Shown: positions 17,344 through 24,461 of the stretch, one piece after another
Numbering within the stretch: the first letter of the stretch is position 1
Layout: every line of letters starts with the position of its first letter
DNA from: a virus
Taxonomy: Duplodnaviria; Caudoviricetes
Reading direction: 5' to 3' (one strand)
IMG/VR virus record: IMGVR_UViG_3300037566_000074
Coordinates: 1 to 36,371 of that record
Length of the DNA stretch: 36,371 bases
Notes under the pieces: generated by a model
Seen by the model: the letters and a program-made list of their open reading frames with translations, nothing else
Databases searched by the model: none
What the model was told of the DNA's origin: nothing
Made by a program: the position numbers and the translations under genes

Positions 17344-17985
17344 TTATGAATTGTAATTATAAATTAAACATCGAGCTTTACTAAGTGATAAGCTTCGCTC
17401 ATTTTCTTTATTGTCTTCGCCTTTTTGTTCAGCTTTAAAAGCGTCTAGGCTTCGTTTTCCTACGGTTGCATCTTGATATGCTGGGTACGTTACTGGTGAG
17501 ACGTCGTAAAGACGTTCTACTTTTACGATTTGTCTAAGGTCTAACTCGTCTGAACGTTCTTTCCAAATAACTTCTTTTGCTCTAAATGCAAATGATGACT
17601 GTGTTACATCGCCTTTTGCAATAGCATCTTCTAGGTCTTTTGCATAGCTTCGGTCTGGTGTTTCGTAGCGATACTTTAATCCTTCTTCATCTATAGATAG
17701 GGTTAAAGTGCCTTTACCATTTACCGAACGCGCTAAGATTTGGTTAGGATCGTGGTTAAATAAACATCTTACATCGTCGTTAAGAACATCATCAAAAGCA
17801 CCTGGTAGGATTTCTTCTTCAAACCAGTTTGCTATGTTTGTACGACTGTTGAACTTTGCTGCGTGACCTTCTATTACTGATGGTCCTTCTTCTGAGTCTT
17901 CGCGCTTTTCTATTGTTACTGGCGACACAAAGAATCGACGTTCTGCATTTTCTAATGCTGCGATATAGTCTTTTTCTTTACTCAT
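17344..17985 (-). CDS. HK97-family prohead protease
   Basis: IEGHAAKFN, EEILPGAF, LFNHD, GL.Y, SSFAF and LYDVSPVTYPAY. Confidence 0.95.
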   Translation of the reverse strand: MSKEKDYIAALENAERRFFVSPVTIEKREDSEEGPSVIEGHAAKFNSRTNIANWFEEEILPGAFDDVLNDDVRCLFNHDPNQILARSVNGKGTLTLSIDEEGLKYRYETPDRSYAKDLEDAIAKGDVTQSSFAFRAKEVIWKERSDELDLRQIVKVERLYDVSPVTYPAYQDATVGKRSLDAFKAEQKGEDNKENERSLSLSKARCLIYNYNS

Positions 17986-19177
17986 TTTCTTTTTGTATTT
18001 GTGACTGCTGCTGTACTTGTACTGGCTGCAGTGGTTGTGTCATATGATCTAAACCTGTAGAGTTGTAGTCTTCTTTTTCGCGGATTTCATCACCGGATAA
18101 AATGCCACCGTAACGCATTTTTGTGTAATAGTCTGCCTTAGACTTAATGTCTGCTCTTAGTACTGCGTTGGTGTTTGATTTTACATAGTGATCGCGTTTT
18201 TCTGTTGCGTTAAACACTTTGCAGGTGTACTCTTGCTCTAATTGCACTATCCAAGGCATAAGACAATCTTTTAAGTGGTCTATGCTTGCTTGCTCTATAG
18301 TGCTGTAATTATGGTCTGCAGTTTGTTTTAGTTTGTAGGTTGAAATATTAAACCAGCGCGCTATATCTTCGATGGTTATTTTTTTCCAGTCGATTAGCTC
18401 TGCTTCTTTTGCTGATACCTGGATGGATTGCCAGTCCATACCTTCATCTAATACACCTACATTGAACGCGCCACCTCTTGATAGGCGGTTTTCCATACCT
18501 TCTGAAAGGATGCGTTTTCCGTTATCTTTTAAGGATTTATCAGTTTTAATGATTCCTAATCCAAAACCTTTTGAGTCGAAATTAGTTTCTGCAAAGGCTT
18601 CTGCGGTTAATGCTGCGTTTAGGTTTTTTGCGGCATACTTTAATACTGAAACACCTGTGTAACCGTTGGTTGTAAAGCCTTTAAGGTGTAGCACTTCTGA
18701 ATTGTGATAGGTGCCAAACTTTGTAATAAAATAGAGTTCACCTTGGACCATTCTTATATCTTGAAGATCTGTTGGATGCACAAAGTGAAATGCTACAGGC
18801 TGCCCTGTTTGCGGATTGCGAACTATAACCGCTACACCATTACCGCGCAATAGGGCAGTGGCTACTAAGATTTTATGAAAGCTGTATGCTGTCTGGTTTA
18901 GATTTGATTGCTTGGCTATTAAATAGTTTACTGGATGATTGGGCTGTTTTTCTTTTCCGTTGGCTACGTTTTTATAGACTGCTTTTGGAAGGGTTGCGAT
19001 ATCATTGGATATGATATCTACTGCATTATACAAGGCTGATAAGGTTAAGGCTCTGTCTGTTGCTATTGTTGATGCTGTACCAGTGAGTCCGCCAAAAAAA
19101 CTACCAAACACACTATTGCCGCCATTATTTGCGTTTCGCTGTTGTGGTAGGGCGTCTGATAGTAATTTAGCGAGCAT
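17978..19177 (-). CDS. HK97-family portal protein
   Basis: ALYNAVDIISNDIATLP, LLRGNG, EVLHLK, IARWFNI and NYSTIEQ. Confidence 0.95.
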   Translation of the reverse strand: MLAKLLSDALPQQRNANNGGNSVFGSFFGGLTGTASTIATDRALTLSALYNAVDIISNDIATLPKAVYKNVANGKEKQPNHPVNYLIAKQSNLNQTAYSFHKILVATALLRGNGVAVIVRNPQTGQPVAFHFVHPTDLQDIRMVQGELYFITKFGTYHNSEVLHLKGFTTNGYTGVSVLKYAAKNLNAALTAEAFAETNFDSKGFGLGIIKTDKSLKDNGKRILSEGMENRLSRGGAFNVGVLDEGMDWQSIQVSAKEAELIDWKKITIEDIARWFNISTYKLKQTADHNYSTIEQASIDHLKDCLMPWIVQLEQEYTCKVFNATEKRDHYVKSNTNAVLRADIKSKADYYTKMRYGGILSGDEIREKEDYNSTGLDHMTQPLQPVQVQQQSQIQKENE

Positions 19178-19255
19178 AGTTTTTACCTTATACTCGCTAA
19201 ATTATTGGAATAGGTTAGGGTAGTTGTCTAACTTTGTTAGAGTTGTTTAGGTTGG

Positions 19256-19663
19256 TTAATTTTCTATTCTGAAAATAGCATCTTTTAATGATTTTACGGA
19301 TAAATGCAAGTACTGTTGCGTGGTGCTTATTTTCTTATGACCTAATAAGGCTCTTATGTGTTCTATTTCTAATGATGATTCTAATAGGTGCGTGGCCCTG
19401 CTATGTCTTAAATCGTGTAGCCTTATCTTTTTTGTAATACCAGATTTTTTTAAATTGATCTTTAGTACTTTGGTTAAGCTCATTGGGCTATATTGTATTG
19501 AACTCTGACCATTGAATAAATATATTTTTGGTCTGTATTTTTTATAATACAGCCTTAACAGATTGAAACAGTTTTTTGGTACCGGCACCATTCTATCTTT
19601 ACGACCTTTACCGTTTACTATTCTTATAGTTGTTTTTGTTTTACAATGTAAATATAAGCACAT
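19256..19663 (-). pseudogene. 5'-truncated XerD/integron-integrase-like tyrosine recombinase (C-terminal half only)
   Basis: GKGRKDR, YLFNGQ, HDLRHSRATHLLE and LLGH..ISTTQQY are present. The first catalytic Arg box and the N-terminal domain are absent, and the first ~12 codons look like AT-rich intergenic DNA. Confidence 0.8.
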
Positions 19664-19676
19664 TTATTTACATAAC

Positions 19677-19716
19677 CAAATATATTTGTAAATATTTACG
19701 TTTTTATTTACATTTG
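19677..19716. promoter_or_regulatory. Divergent Bacteroidota-type promoters
   Basis: Rightward TTTG(19685-19688)-N20-TACATTTG(19709-19716) before the ATG at 19721, and leftward TATATTTG (19684..19677) inside the palindrome CAAATATATTTG. Confidence 0.6.
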
Positions 19717-19720
19717 TGAT

Positions 19721-19915
19721 ATGAACAAAAGAATAACATCATTTTACACAATCGTTTTAGACAGTAAGGTTATCGCTTTTGGTAACCTTAAAGACATTCA
19801 CTACATATTTAAGAACATCTATCCAGAAGCTCGTAATTATCAATTCTACTATCGCAAGTTTCAAAAAGAGCCTTATTTTGTTTGGGAAGGTTATCACTTT
19901 CAGCAACTCGTATGA
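19721..19915 (+). CDS. Small hypothetical protein, possibly DNA-binding; near-leaderless transcript
   Basis: Canonical promoter 4 nt upstream and hairpin downstream. Confidence 0.65.
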   Translation: MNKRITSFYTIVLDSKVIAFGNLKDIHYIFKNIYPEARNYQFYYRKFQKEPYFVWEGYHFQQLV

Positions 19916-19920
19916 TTACC

Positions 19921-19947
19921 GCAAGAGTTGTAAAAAACAACCCTTGC
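19921..19947. terminator. Hairpin between convergent genes
   Basis: GCAAGAGTTGT-aaaaa-ACAACCCTTGC with one mismatch. Confidence 0.5.
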
Positions 19948-19980
19948 TACGATACAAAATCCACCGTTTTTTTACTTTTT

Positions 19981-20009
19981 CTACTCATATACCAAATCCG
20001 TTAGCCACC
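19981..20009 (-). other. attC-like left half-site (partner arm not found)
   Basis: Minus strand GGTGGCTAAC-ggatttg-GTATATGAGTAG, right after the stop of the 95-aa ORF. Confidence 0.55.
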
Positions 20010-20011
20010 AT

Positions 20012-20299
20012 TTAAGATGACGTTGCTTTGATAATATCACGTTCTTTAGTCATTTCAAAAGCATAGTGCCAGCTTTCATTTGTACCACAAGTCACAGCAT
20101 AGCTAATACCGCTTTCTCGAACATTTATTCCAGTAACAAGTCTTTCAGCCTGTTCAGGGTCAGTTCGTAAATATACGCTATCACCAATATCAAAGTGAAG
20201 AACGTGCTTTTCAAAAACGGTGGCTAACACTGTATAACCGTCAGGCTTAGTGTTTTGCTCTTTTGAAACTTTAGTCTTAGTTACTTTCTTTTCGCTCAT
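20012..20299 (-). CDS. Cassette-encoded hypothetical protein (SH3/KOW-like FDIGDSVYL motif) starting inside an attC-like loop
   Basis: N-terminal KPDGYTVLAT is encoded by the right arm of the site at 20219..20246. Confidence 0.7.
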   Translation of the reverse strand: MSEKKVTKTKVSKEQNTKPDGYTVLATVFEKHVLHFDIGDSVYLRTDPEQAERLVTGINVRESGISYAVTCGTNESWHYAFEMTKERDIIKATSS

Positions 20300-20359
20300 T
20301 TAATAATGTTTTTGTGTTCAGTCGCCCGAACGGTTATACTCGTACGTTGTTGTAGGCAA
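20219..20359 (-). other. attC-like site A
   Basis: Minus strand: TTGCCTACAAC AAC-gtacga-GTATAACCGT(T)CGGGC ... GCCTGACGGTTATAC-agt-GTTAGCCACC, a 15-bp stem with one bulged T and one G.T pair. Confidence 0.7.
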
Positions 20360-20360
20360 T

Positions 20361-20498
20361 TTAATTGCTCGGCTTTTGGCATATATCTTCGCCACACCAC
20401 TCAGAGCAACGCTTAATTCCTTTTGCATAGTTTTCACCTAAGCAATTAAACTGTTCGCTTTGCCCAACAACTACGGGTATAGATAATTTTTTAACTAC
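20361..20498 (-). pseudogene. Start-less ORF remnant VVKKLSIPVVVGQSEQFNCLGENYAKGIKRCSEWCGEDICQKPSN reading through an attC-like right half-site
   Basis: The open frame crosses CTATAC-ccgta-GTTGTTGGGCAA, and its 5' part is replaced by repeat copy 1. Confidence 0.45.
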
Positions 20499-20743
20499 AG
20501 GTTTTTAGTTCGGTTAATTTTTTCCTTTAAGGCATATAGATAAATCGATGTGTATGCAATTGCTACAGCTAATGATATTATTCCAAAAGCAATTGCCTTA
20601 GCTTTTGTTTCTTCAGAATAGTTTAGGTCAACATTTTGAATATTAATAATAGCCACTAACCAAAAGACAATAACATAGCACCATCCAATTATTAAGAATA
20701 ATGTCCCAAATAAAAAATCGGTTGTAATTTTAAATGTTGCCAT
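20495..20743 (-). CDS. Two-TM membrane protein, copy 1 of 3
   Basis: 82 aa with two hydrophobic helices and a basic tail. Confidence 0.75.
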   Translation of the reverse strand: MATFKITTDFLFGTLFLIIGWCYVIVFWLVAIINIQNVDLNYSEETKAKAIAFGIISLAVAIAYTSIYLYALKEKINRTKNL

Positions 20744-20763
20744 AGTGTTTGATATTTACAGTT
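20496..20763. repeat. 268-bp direct repeat, copy 1
   Basis: Identical to 21258..21525 and one substitution away from 22994..23261. Confidence 0.97.
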
Positions 20764-20764
20764 A

Positions 20765-21253
20765 TTAATTACTCGTTTTCATAAAGGACATCCATATTGT
20801 TTTGCTTTGACGACCTGTAGTGTGTCCGAAAAGTGGTTTGTACGGAATTAAGTTTAATATCTCACTTGACTTAATCTCAGATTCATTCCACTTAAATATT
20901 AAAGTGCCATTTGGTTTAAGCACTCTCATACATTCATTAAAGCCTTTTGATAACATTTCTCTCCAATTACCCTCTAATCTTCCGTATTTTTTAGCCATCC
21001 AAGAGGTTTTACCAAGCGTTTTTAAATGAGGTGGGTCGAAAACTACCATGTAAAAAGAATTATCTTCTATAGGTAAGTCTGTGAAGTCCGCAACGACATC
21101 TGGTGCTACTTCAATTATTCTGGTCTTGTCTCTGTCTTTTGCGGTTAAAGTCTCAAACCTTTTGTCTATATACAACACGTCTTGATTTTCTTTATCAAAC
21201 CAAAACATCTTGCTTCCGCAACACGCATCTAATATTTTTTTATCGGTATTCAA
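20765..21253 (-). CDS. Small phage SAM-dependent methyltransferase (probable amino-DNA MTase)
   Basis: ILDACCGSKMFW (motif I), VVFDPPH (motif IV-like) and RVLKPNGTLIFKW. Confidence 0.85.
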   Translation of the reverse strand: MNTDKKILDACCGSKMFWFDKENQDVLYIDKRFETLTAKDRDKTRIIEVAPDVVADFTDLPIEDNSFYMVVFDPPHLKTLGKTSWMAKKYGRLEGNWREMLSKGFNECMRVLKPNGTLIFKWNESEIKSSEILNLIPYKPLFGHTTGRQSKTIWMSFMKTSN

Positions 21254-21256
21254 TTG

Positions 21257-21505
21257 TTACAGGTTTTTAGTTCGGTTAATTTTTTCCTTTAAGGCATATA
21301 GATAAATCGATGTGTATGCAATTGCTACAGCTAATGATATTATTCCAAAAGCAATTGCCTTAGCTTTTGTTTCTTCAGAATAGTTTAGGTCAACATTTTG
21401 AATATTAATAATAGCCACTAACCAAAAGACAATAACATAGCACCATCCAATTATTAAGAATAATGTCCCAAATAAAAAATCGGTTGTAATTTTAAATGTT
21501 GCCAT
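21257..21505 (-). CDS. Two-TM membrane protein, copy 2 of 3
   Basis: Protein identical to copy 1. Confidence 0.75.
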   Translation of the reverse strand: MATFKITTDFLFGTLFLIIGWCYVIVFWLVAIINIQNVDLNYSEETKAKAIAFGIISLAVAIAYTSIYLYALKEKINRTKNL

Positions 21506-21525
21506 AGTGTTTGATATTTACAGTT
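21258..21525. repeat. 268-bp direct repeat, copy 2
   Basis: Offset 762 bp from copy 1. Confidence 0.97.
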
Positions 21526-22987
21526 TTAGTTTACTAATTATTTCAGCGAGTACATCTACTACAATAGAGTTACCAGCTTGTTTATACATTTGAGTATCTG
21601 AGCAAGGCATTTTAAAGCTATCCGGAAACCCCATAAGACGAAAACACTCTCTTGGTGTTAACCTTCGGATTTTGTAATCAGATAATAAAACATTAACCTT
21701 ATTTTCTGTTCTTCCTGCCGGTATGCATCCCATGTGTCCGTTTTCAAAATAGGCTCTATCTTGTTGCGATTTATAACCTTTACCTGATTGATCCCATTGA
21801 ATATAATTCTTGGTAACTACCACATTATCTTTTTGTACGGTTGTTAAGGTATTAGAAGTACCATTAAGATTTAGTTCTAGGCGTTGTTCTGTAGGTAAAC
21901 CTGTTTCTCTACTTGTAGGATTTTCTGGATTACGACCTCTAAGCACACCAATCATTACACCTTGATTACAAGCTGTGTCTAAAGTTTGAGCTACTTCTTT
22001 TCCTACTCGTCCTCTACGAGTCTGGCTATTAGGCTGGCTAAGGTTTATACTATCTCCTTCTTGTGCAACTTCAAAGCCTTTTTTTGTTGCGGATTTTATT
22101 TTTACCGTATCCCAATTATGCTTATCTGTAAATGTGCCTTGACCTCCAGAACGTATAGTATTGGCAATGTCTTTGCCTTGAAAATTGGTTACAGATATAG
22201 CGTTCATCCCTTTATATGTACCACAAGCGTTACCAGGTGTTTGTAATGTGTTGGCTATTTCTGGATCTACTTTTGATTTTTGCAGATTATTTTCATTCTG
22301 TATTATTGATTTTATTGCGCTATCACTCAAAAAATACTTGTTATCTACTTCAGCTTCGAGAACATCTTTTAAACGTTTGTCTAAAAAGTAGGGTTTTGGC
22401 CATGTAAAGGTATTATCTGCATCATCCCTTACACCAACTATAAACACGCGCTCTCTGTTTTGTGGCACTTTATAGTCTTTGGCATTAAGTACCTTCCAAT
22501 ATATATGGTATGGTACGCTATCTTCGTGCGGAAAGAATATAGGATTGCCATTTACGGATTTACCTCCTAAAAGAGTTAACCACTTTGTAAAGGTTTGGCC
22601 CAGATCGTCTTTTGCTGTTTTTTTGTCGTCGCTTAGTAAGCCTTTTACATTCTCGAAAATAAAGTAGCGAGGTTTGTTTTTTTGTATAAACTCGTGGCTA
22701 TTGTAGAATAGTATTCCTCTTTTATCTGCTTCGCCTTCACGTTTTCCGGCTAAACTAAACGCTTGGCAAGGAGGAGAAGTCATGTAAATATCCAGGCTTT
22801 TTTTTGGTATATCTCTGTTGTAAACATTTTCTGGATAATAGTCTGGCTCTCCGTAATTAGCTATATAGGTTTGACGAGCGTATTTATCCATATCACAAGC
22901 AAATACGGTTTTGTGCTTAATGTCTAACTGCATTAATGCTTGTCTAAATGCGCCTACTCCGCTAAAATCTGAGCCTACTTTTATCAT
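21518..22987 (-). CDS. DNA (cytosine-5)-methyltransferase with long variable region
   Basis: FSGVG, SPPCQAFSLAG, FENV, PQNRERVFIVG, RRLTPRECFRLMGFPD and YKQAGNSI. Confidence 0.95.
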   Translation of the reverse strand: MIKVGSDFSGVGAFRQALMQLDIKHKTVFACDMDKYARQTYIANYGEPDYYPENVYNRDIPKKSLDIYMTSPPCQAFSLAGKREGEADKRGILFYNSHEFIQKNKPRYFIFENVKGLLSDDKKTAKDDLGQTFTKWLTLLGGKSVNGNPIFFPHEDSVPYHIYWKVLNAKDYKVPQNRERVFIVGVRDDADNTFTWPKPYFLDKRLKDVLEAEVDNKYFLSDSAIKSIIQNENNLQKSKVDPEIANTLQTPGNACGTYKGMNAISVTNFQGKDIANTIRSGGQGTFTDKHNWDTVKIKSATKKGFEVAQEGDSINLSQPNSQTRRGRVGKEVAQTLDTACNQGVMIGVLRGRNPENPTSRETGLPTEQRLELNLNGTSNTLTTVQKDNVVVTKNYIQWDQSGKGYKSQQDRAYFENGHMGCIPAGRTENKVNVLLSDYKIRRLTPRECFRLMGFPDSFKMPCSDTQMYKQAGNSIVVDVLAEIISKLKL

Positions 22988-22992
22988 TTTAG

Positions 22993-23241
22993 TTACAGGT
23001 TTTTAGTTCGGTTAATTTTTTCCTTTAAGGCATGTAGATAAATCGATGTGTATGCAATTGCTACAGCTAATGATATTATTCCAAAAGCAATTGCCTTAGC
23101 TTTTGTTTCTTCAGAATAGTTTAGGTCAACATTTTGAATATTAATAATAGCCACTAACCAAAAGACAATAACATAGCACCATCCAATTATTAAGAATAAT
23201 GTCCCAAATAAAAAATCGGTTGTAATTTTAAATGTTGCCAT
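22993..23241 (-). CDS. Two-TM membrane protein, copy 3 of 3
   Basis: Differs from the other copies by one residue (YLHAL vs YLYAL). Confidence 0.75.
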   Translation of the reverse strand: MATFKITTDFLFGTLFLIIGWCYVIVFWLVAIINIQNVDLNYSEETKAKAIAFGIISLAVAIAYTSIYLHALKEKINRTKNL

Positions 23242-23261
23242 AGTGTTTGATATTTACAGTT
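22994..23261. repeat. 268-bp direct repeat, copy 3
   Basis: Offset 2498 bp from copy 1, with catgtag instead of catatag (Tyr to His). Confidence 0.97.
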
Positions 23262-24004
23262 TATTTTTTAGCGTTAGTATTGTTATGATTCTTATGATAG
23301 GCTTTGTAATCATAACCTTCATGTTTAAATATTTTATAGATTGATCCTTTTGATATTTGAAATGTTGAGCAGATATCCTCTAAGGTTGTGGTTGGGTTTT
23401 TGTGCATCATTACGACTGCTGCGGATATTTTTTTAAGTTTTTTGCTTAGTCCTTTTGGTCGTCCTAATGAGCCACCCGATTCTTTATATCGTTTGAGTCC
23501 GGCTAATACTTTTTCATTACTTTGCTTTCTAAAGAACTGTCCTATTAGTGCAAATATTCCAAATATTAACTCACCTTCTGCGGTGCGTGTGCTTTCGGTA
23601 TTGATATGCGGATTAGTTAGGTCCTGAAATTCTATTCCTGTTTTTTGAAAGTGTTCTACTAAGGTAAATAGGTATCTTGGATTTCGTCCTAATCTGGTGA
23701 GATCATAAAATACTATTTTGTCGCCTTTACGAAGGACTTTTAATAATTCCTGTAGTTGGTCTCTATCGTCGTTTTTTCCTGAGTCGGTATCTAAATAGAT
23801 GTTTTCTTCTTTGATACCTAAAAGGTTAAATCTATCTACTTGTATGCCTAAGTTTTGATTTTCTGTGCTTACTCTACCATAGGCAAATACTTCTCGCTGG
23901 GTTTTTATACCTTCTGATTTTTGTTGATTTTTAGTGCTTCCTATTGCTTTGCAAGTGTCTAAAAAATCAACTTCGTTTATTTTATCTGTTTCAAGGGTTT
24001 TCAT
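23261..24004 (-). CDS. Small serine recombinase (resolvase/invertase family) with C-terminal HTH
   Basis: FAYGRVST, DSG, LTRLGR, GRP hinge, then an HTH. Start placed at the MKTLE ATG (24004) because the longer TTG start overlaps the upstream gene. Confidence 0.9.
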   Translation of the reverse strand: MKTLETDKINEVDFLDTCKAIGSTKNQQKSEGIKTQREVFAYGRVSTENQNLGIQVDRFNLLGIKEENIYLDTDSGKNDDRDQLQELLKVLRKGDKIVFYDLTRLGRNPRYLFTLVEHFQKTGIEFQDLTNPHINTESTRTAEGELIFGIFALIGQFFRKQSNEKVLAGLKRYKESGGSLGRPKGLSKKLKKISAAVVMMHKNPTTTLEDICSTFQISKGSIYKIFKHEGYDYKAYHKNHNNTNAKK

Positions 24005-24009
24005 GTACT

Positions 24010-24204
24010 TTATTTTGATAGTTGTTTTAAATATTGTAGAAGTACTATTAGTGTTATTATTATTTCTACTATCATTAACCAATAGACTAGATTTTGTCTT
24101 GATTTTTCGGCTTTTATAAATTGCCAATCTAACAGAATACTTGTTAGTAATGGCAATACAAATAGCATTGCTATTAGAGCTATTACAGTTAGGTTTTGTT
24201 TCAT
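24010..24204 (-). CDS. Small two-TM membrane protein
   Basis: Two hydrophobic helices; ATGA-coupled to the upstream gene. Confidence 0.65.
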   Translation of the reverse strand: MKQNLTVIALIAMLFVLPLLTSILLDWQFIKAEKSRQNLVYWLMIVEIIITLIVLLQYLKQLSK

Positions 24205-24461
24205 TTTCTTGTTTTCTTGATGTGTCTTGAGTAAACTATTTGAAATGATACATAGGTTGAGTACATGTACTCTGTATATATTTCGTAGTGTAAATCGTTG
24301 AGTTTATTAAAGCATTCTACCATGTTGCGCGCATAGGGTAATTGATTGAAAAAAGTGTTAAAAAAGTTTTTTGGTTTTGATATTGCTATCACTACTTTTT
24401 CGCGCTCTATCATTGATAAATCGTAATAACTTTCTATCTGCATTAGGTTTAAGTTAGCCAT
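24201..24461 (-). CDS. Hypothetical protein downstream of terminase
   Basis: Start overlaps the terminase stop. Confidence 0.7.
   Translation of the reverse strand: MANLNLMQIESYYDLSMIEREKVVIAISKPKNFFNTFFNQLPYARNMVECFNKLNDLHYEIYTEYMYSTYVSFQIVYSRHIKKTRK

Noticed and set aside
20765-22987. Restriction-modification system
   Set aside because: No restriction endonuclease is recognisable, so the MTases appear to be orphans.
20495-23261. Triple repeat as an IS/MITE or a pure assembly artefact
   Set aside because: There is no transposase or terminal inverted repeat, copy 3 carries its own substitution, and all flanks are unique. An artefact is less likely but only long reads can exclude it.
20495-23261. 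Diversity-generating retroelement template/variable repeats
   Set aside because: No reverse transcriptase is present, and there is only one difference among the copies.
24005-24127. N-terminal extension of the serine recombinase in the ORF track
   Set aside because: It is low-complexity and overlaps the 64-aa membrane gene; the ATG at 24004 is a better start.
24183-24190. Extra TTACAGTT as another junction site
   Set aside because: This AT-rich 8-mer also occurs elsewhere (near 686) and lies within a coding region, so it is compatible with chance.
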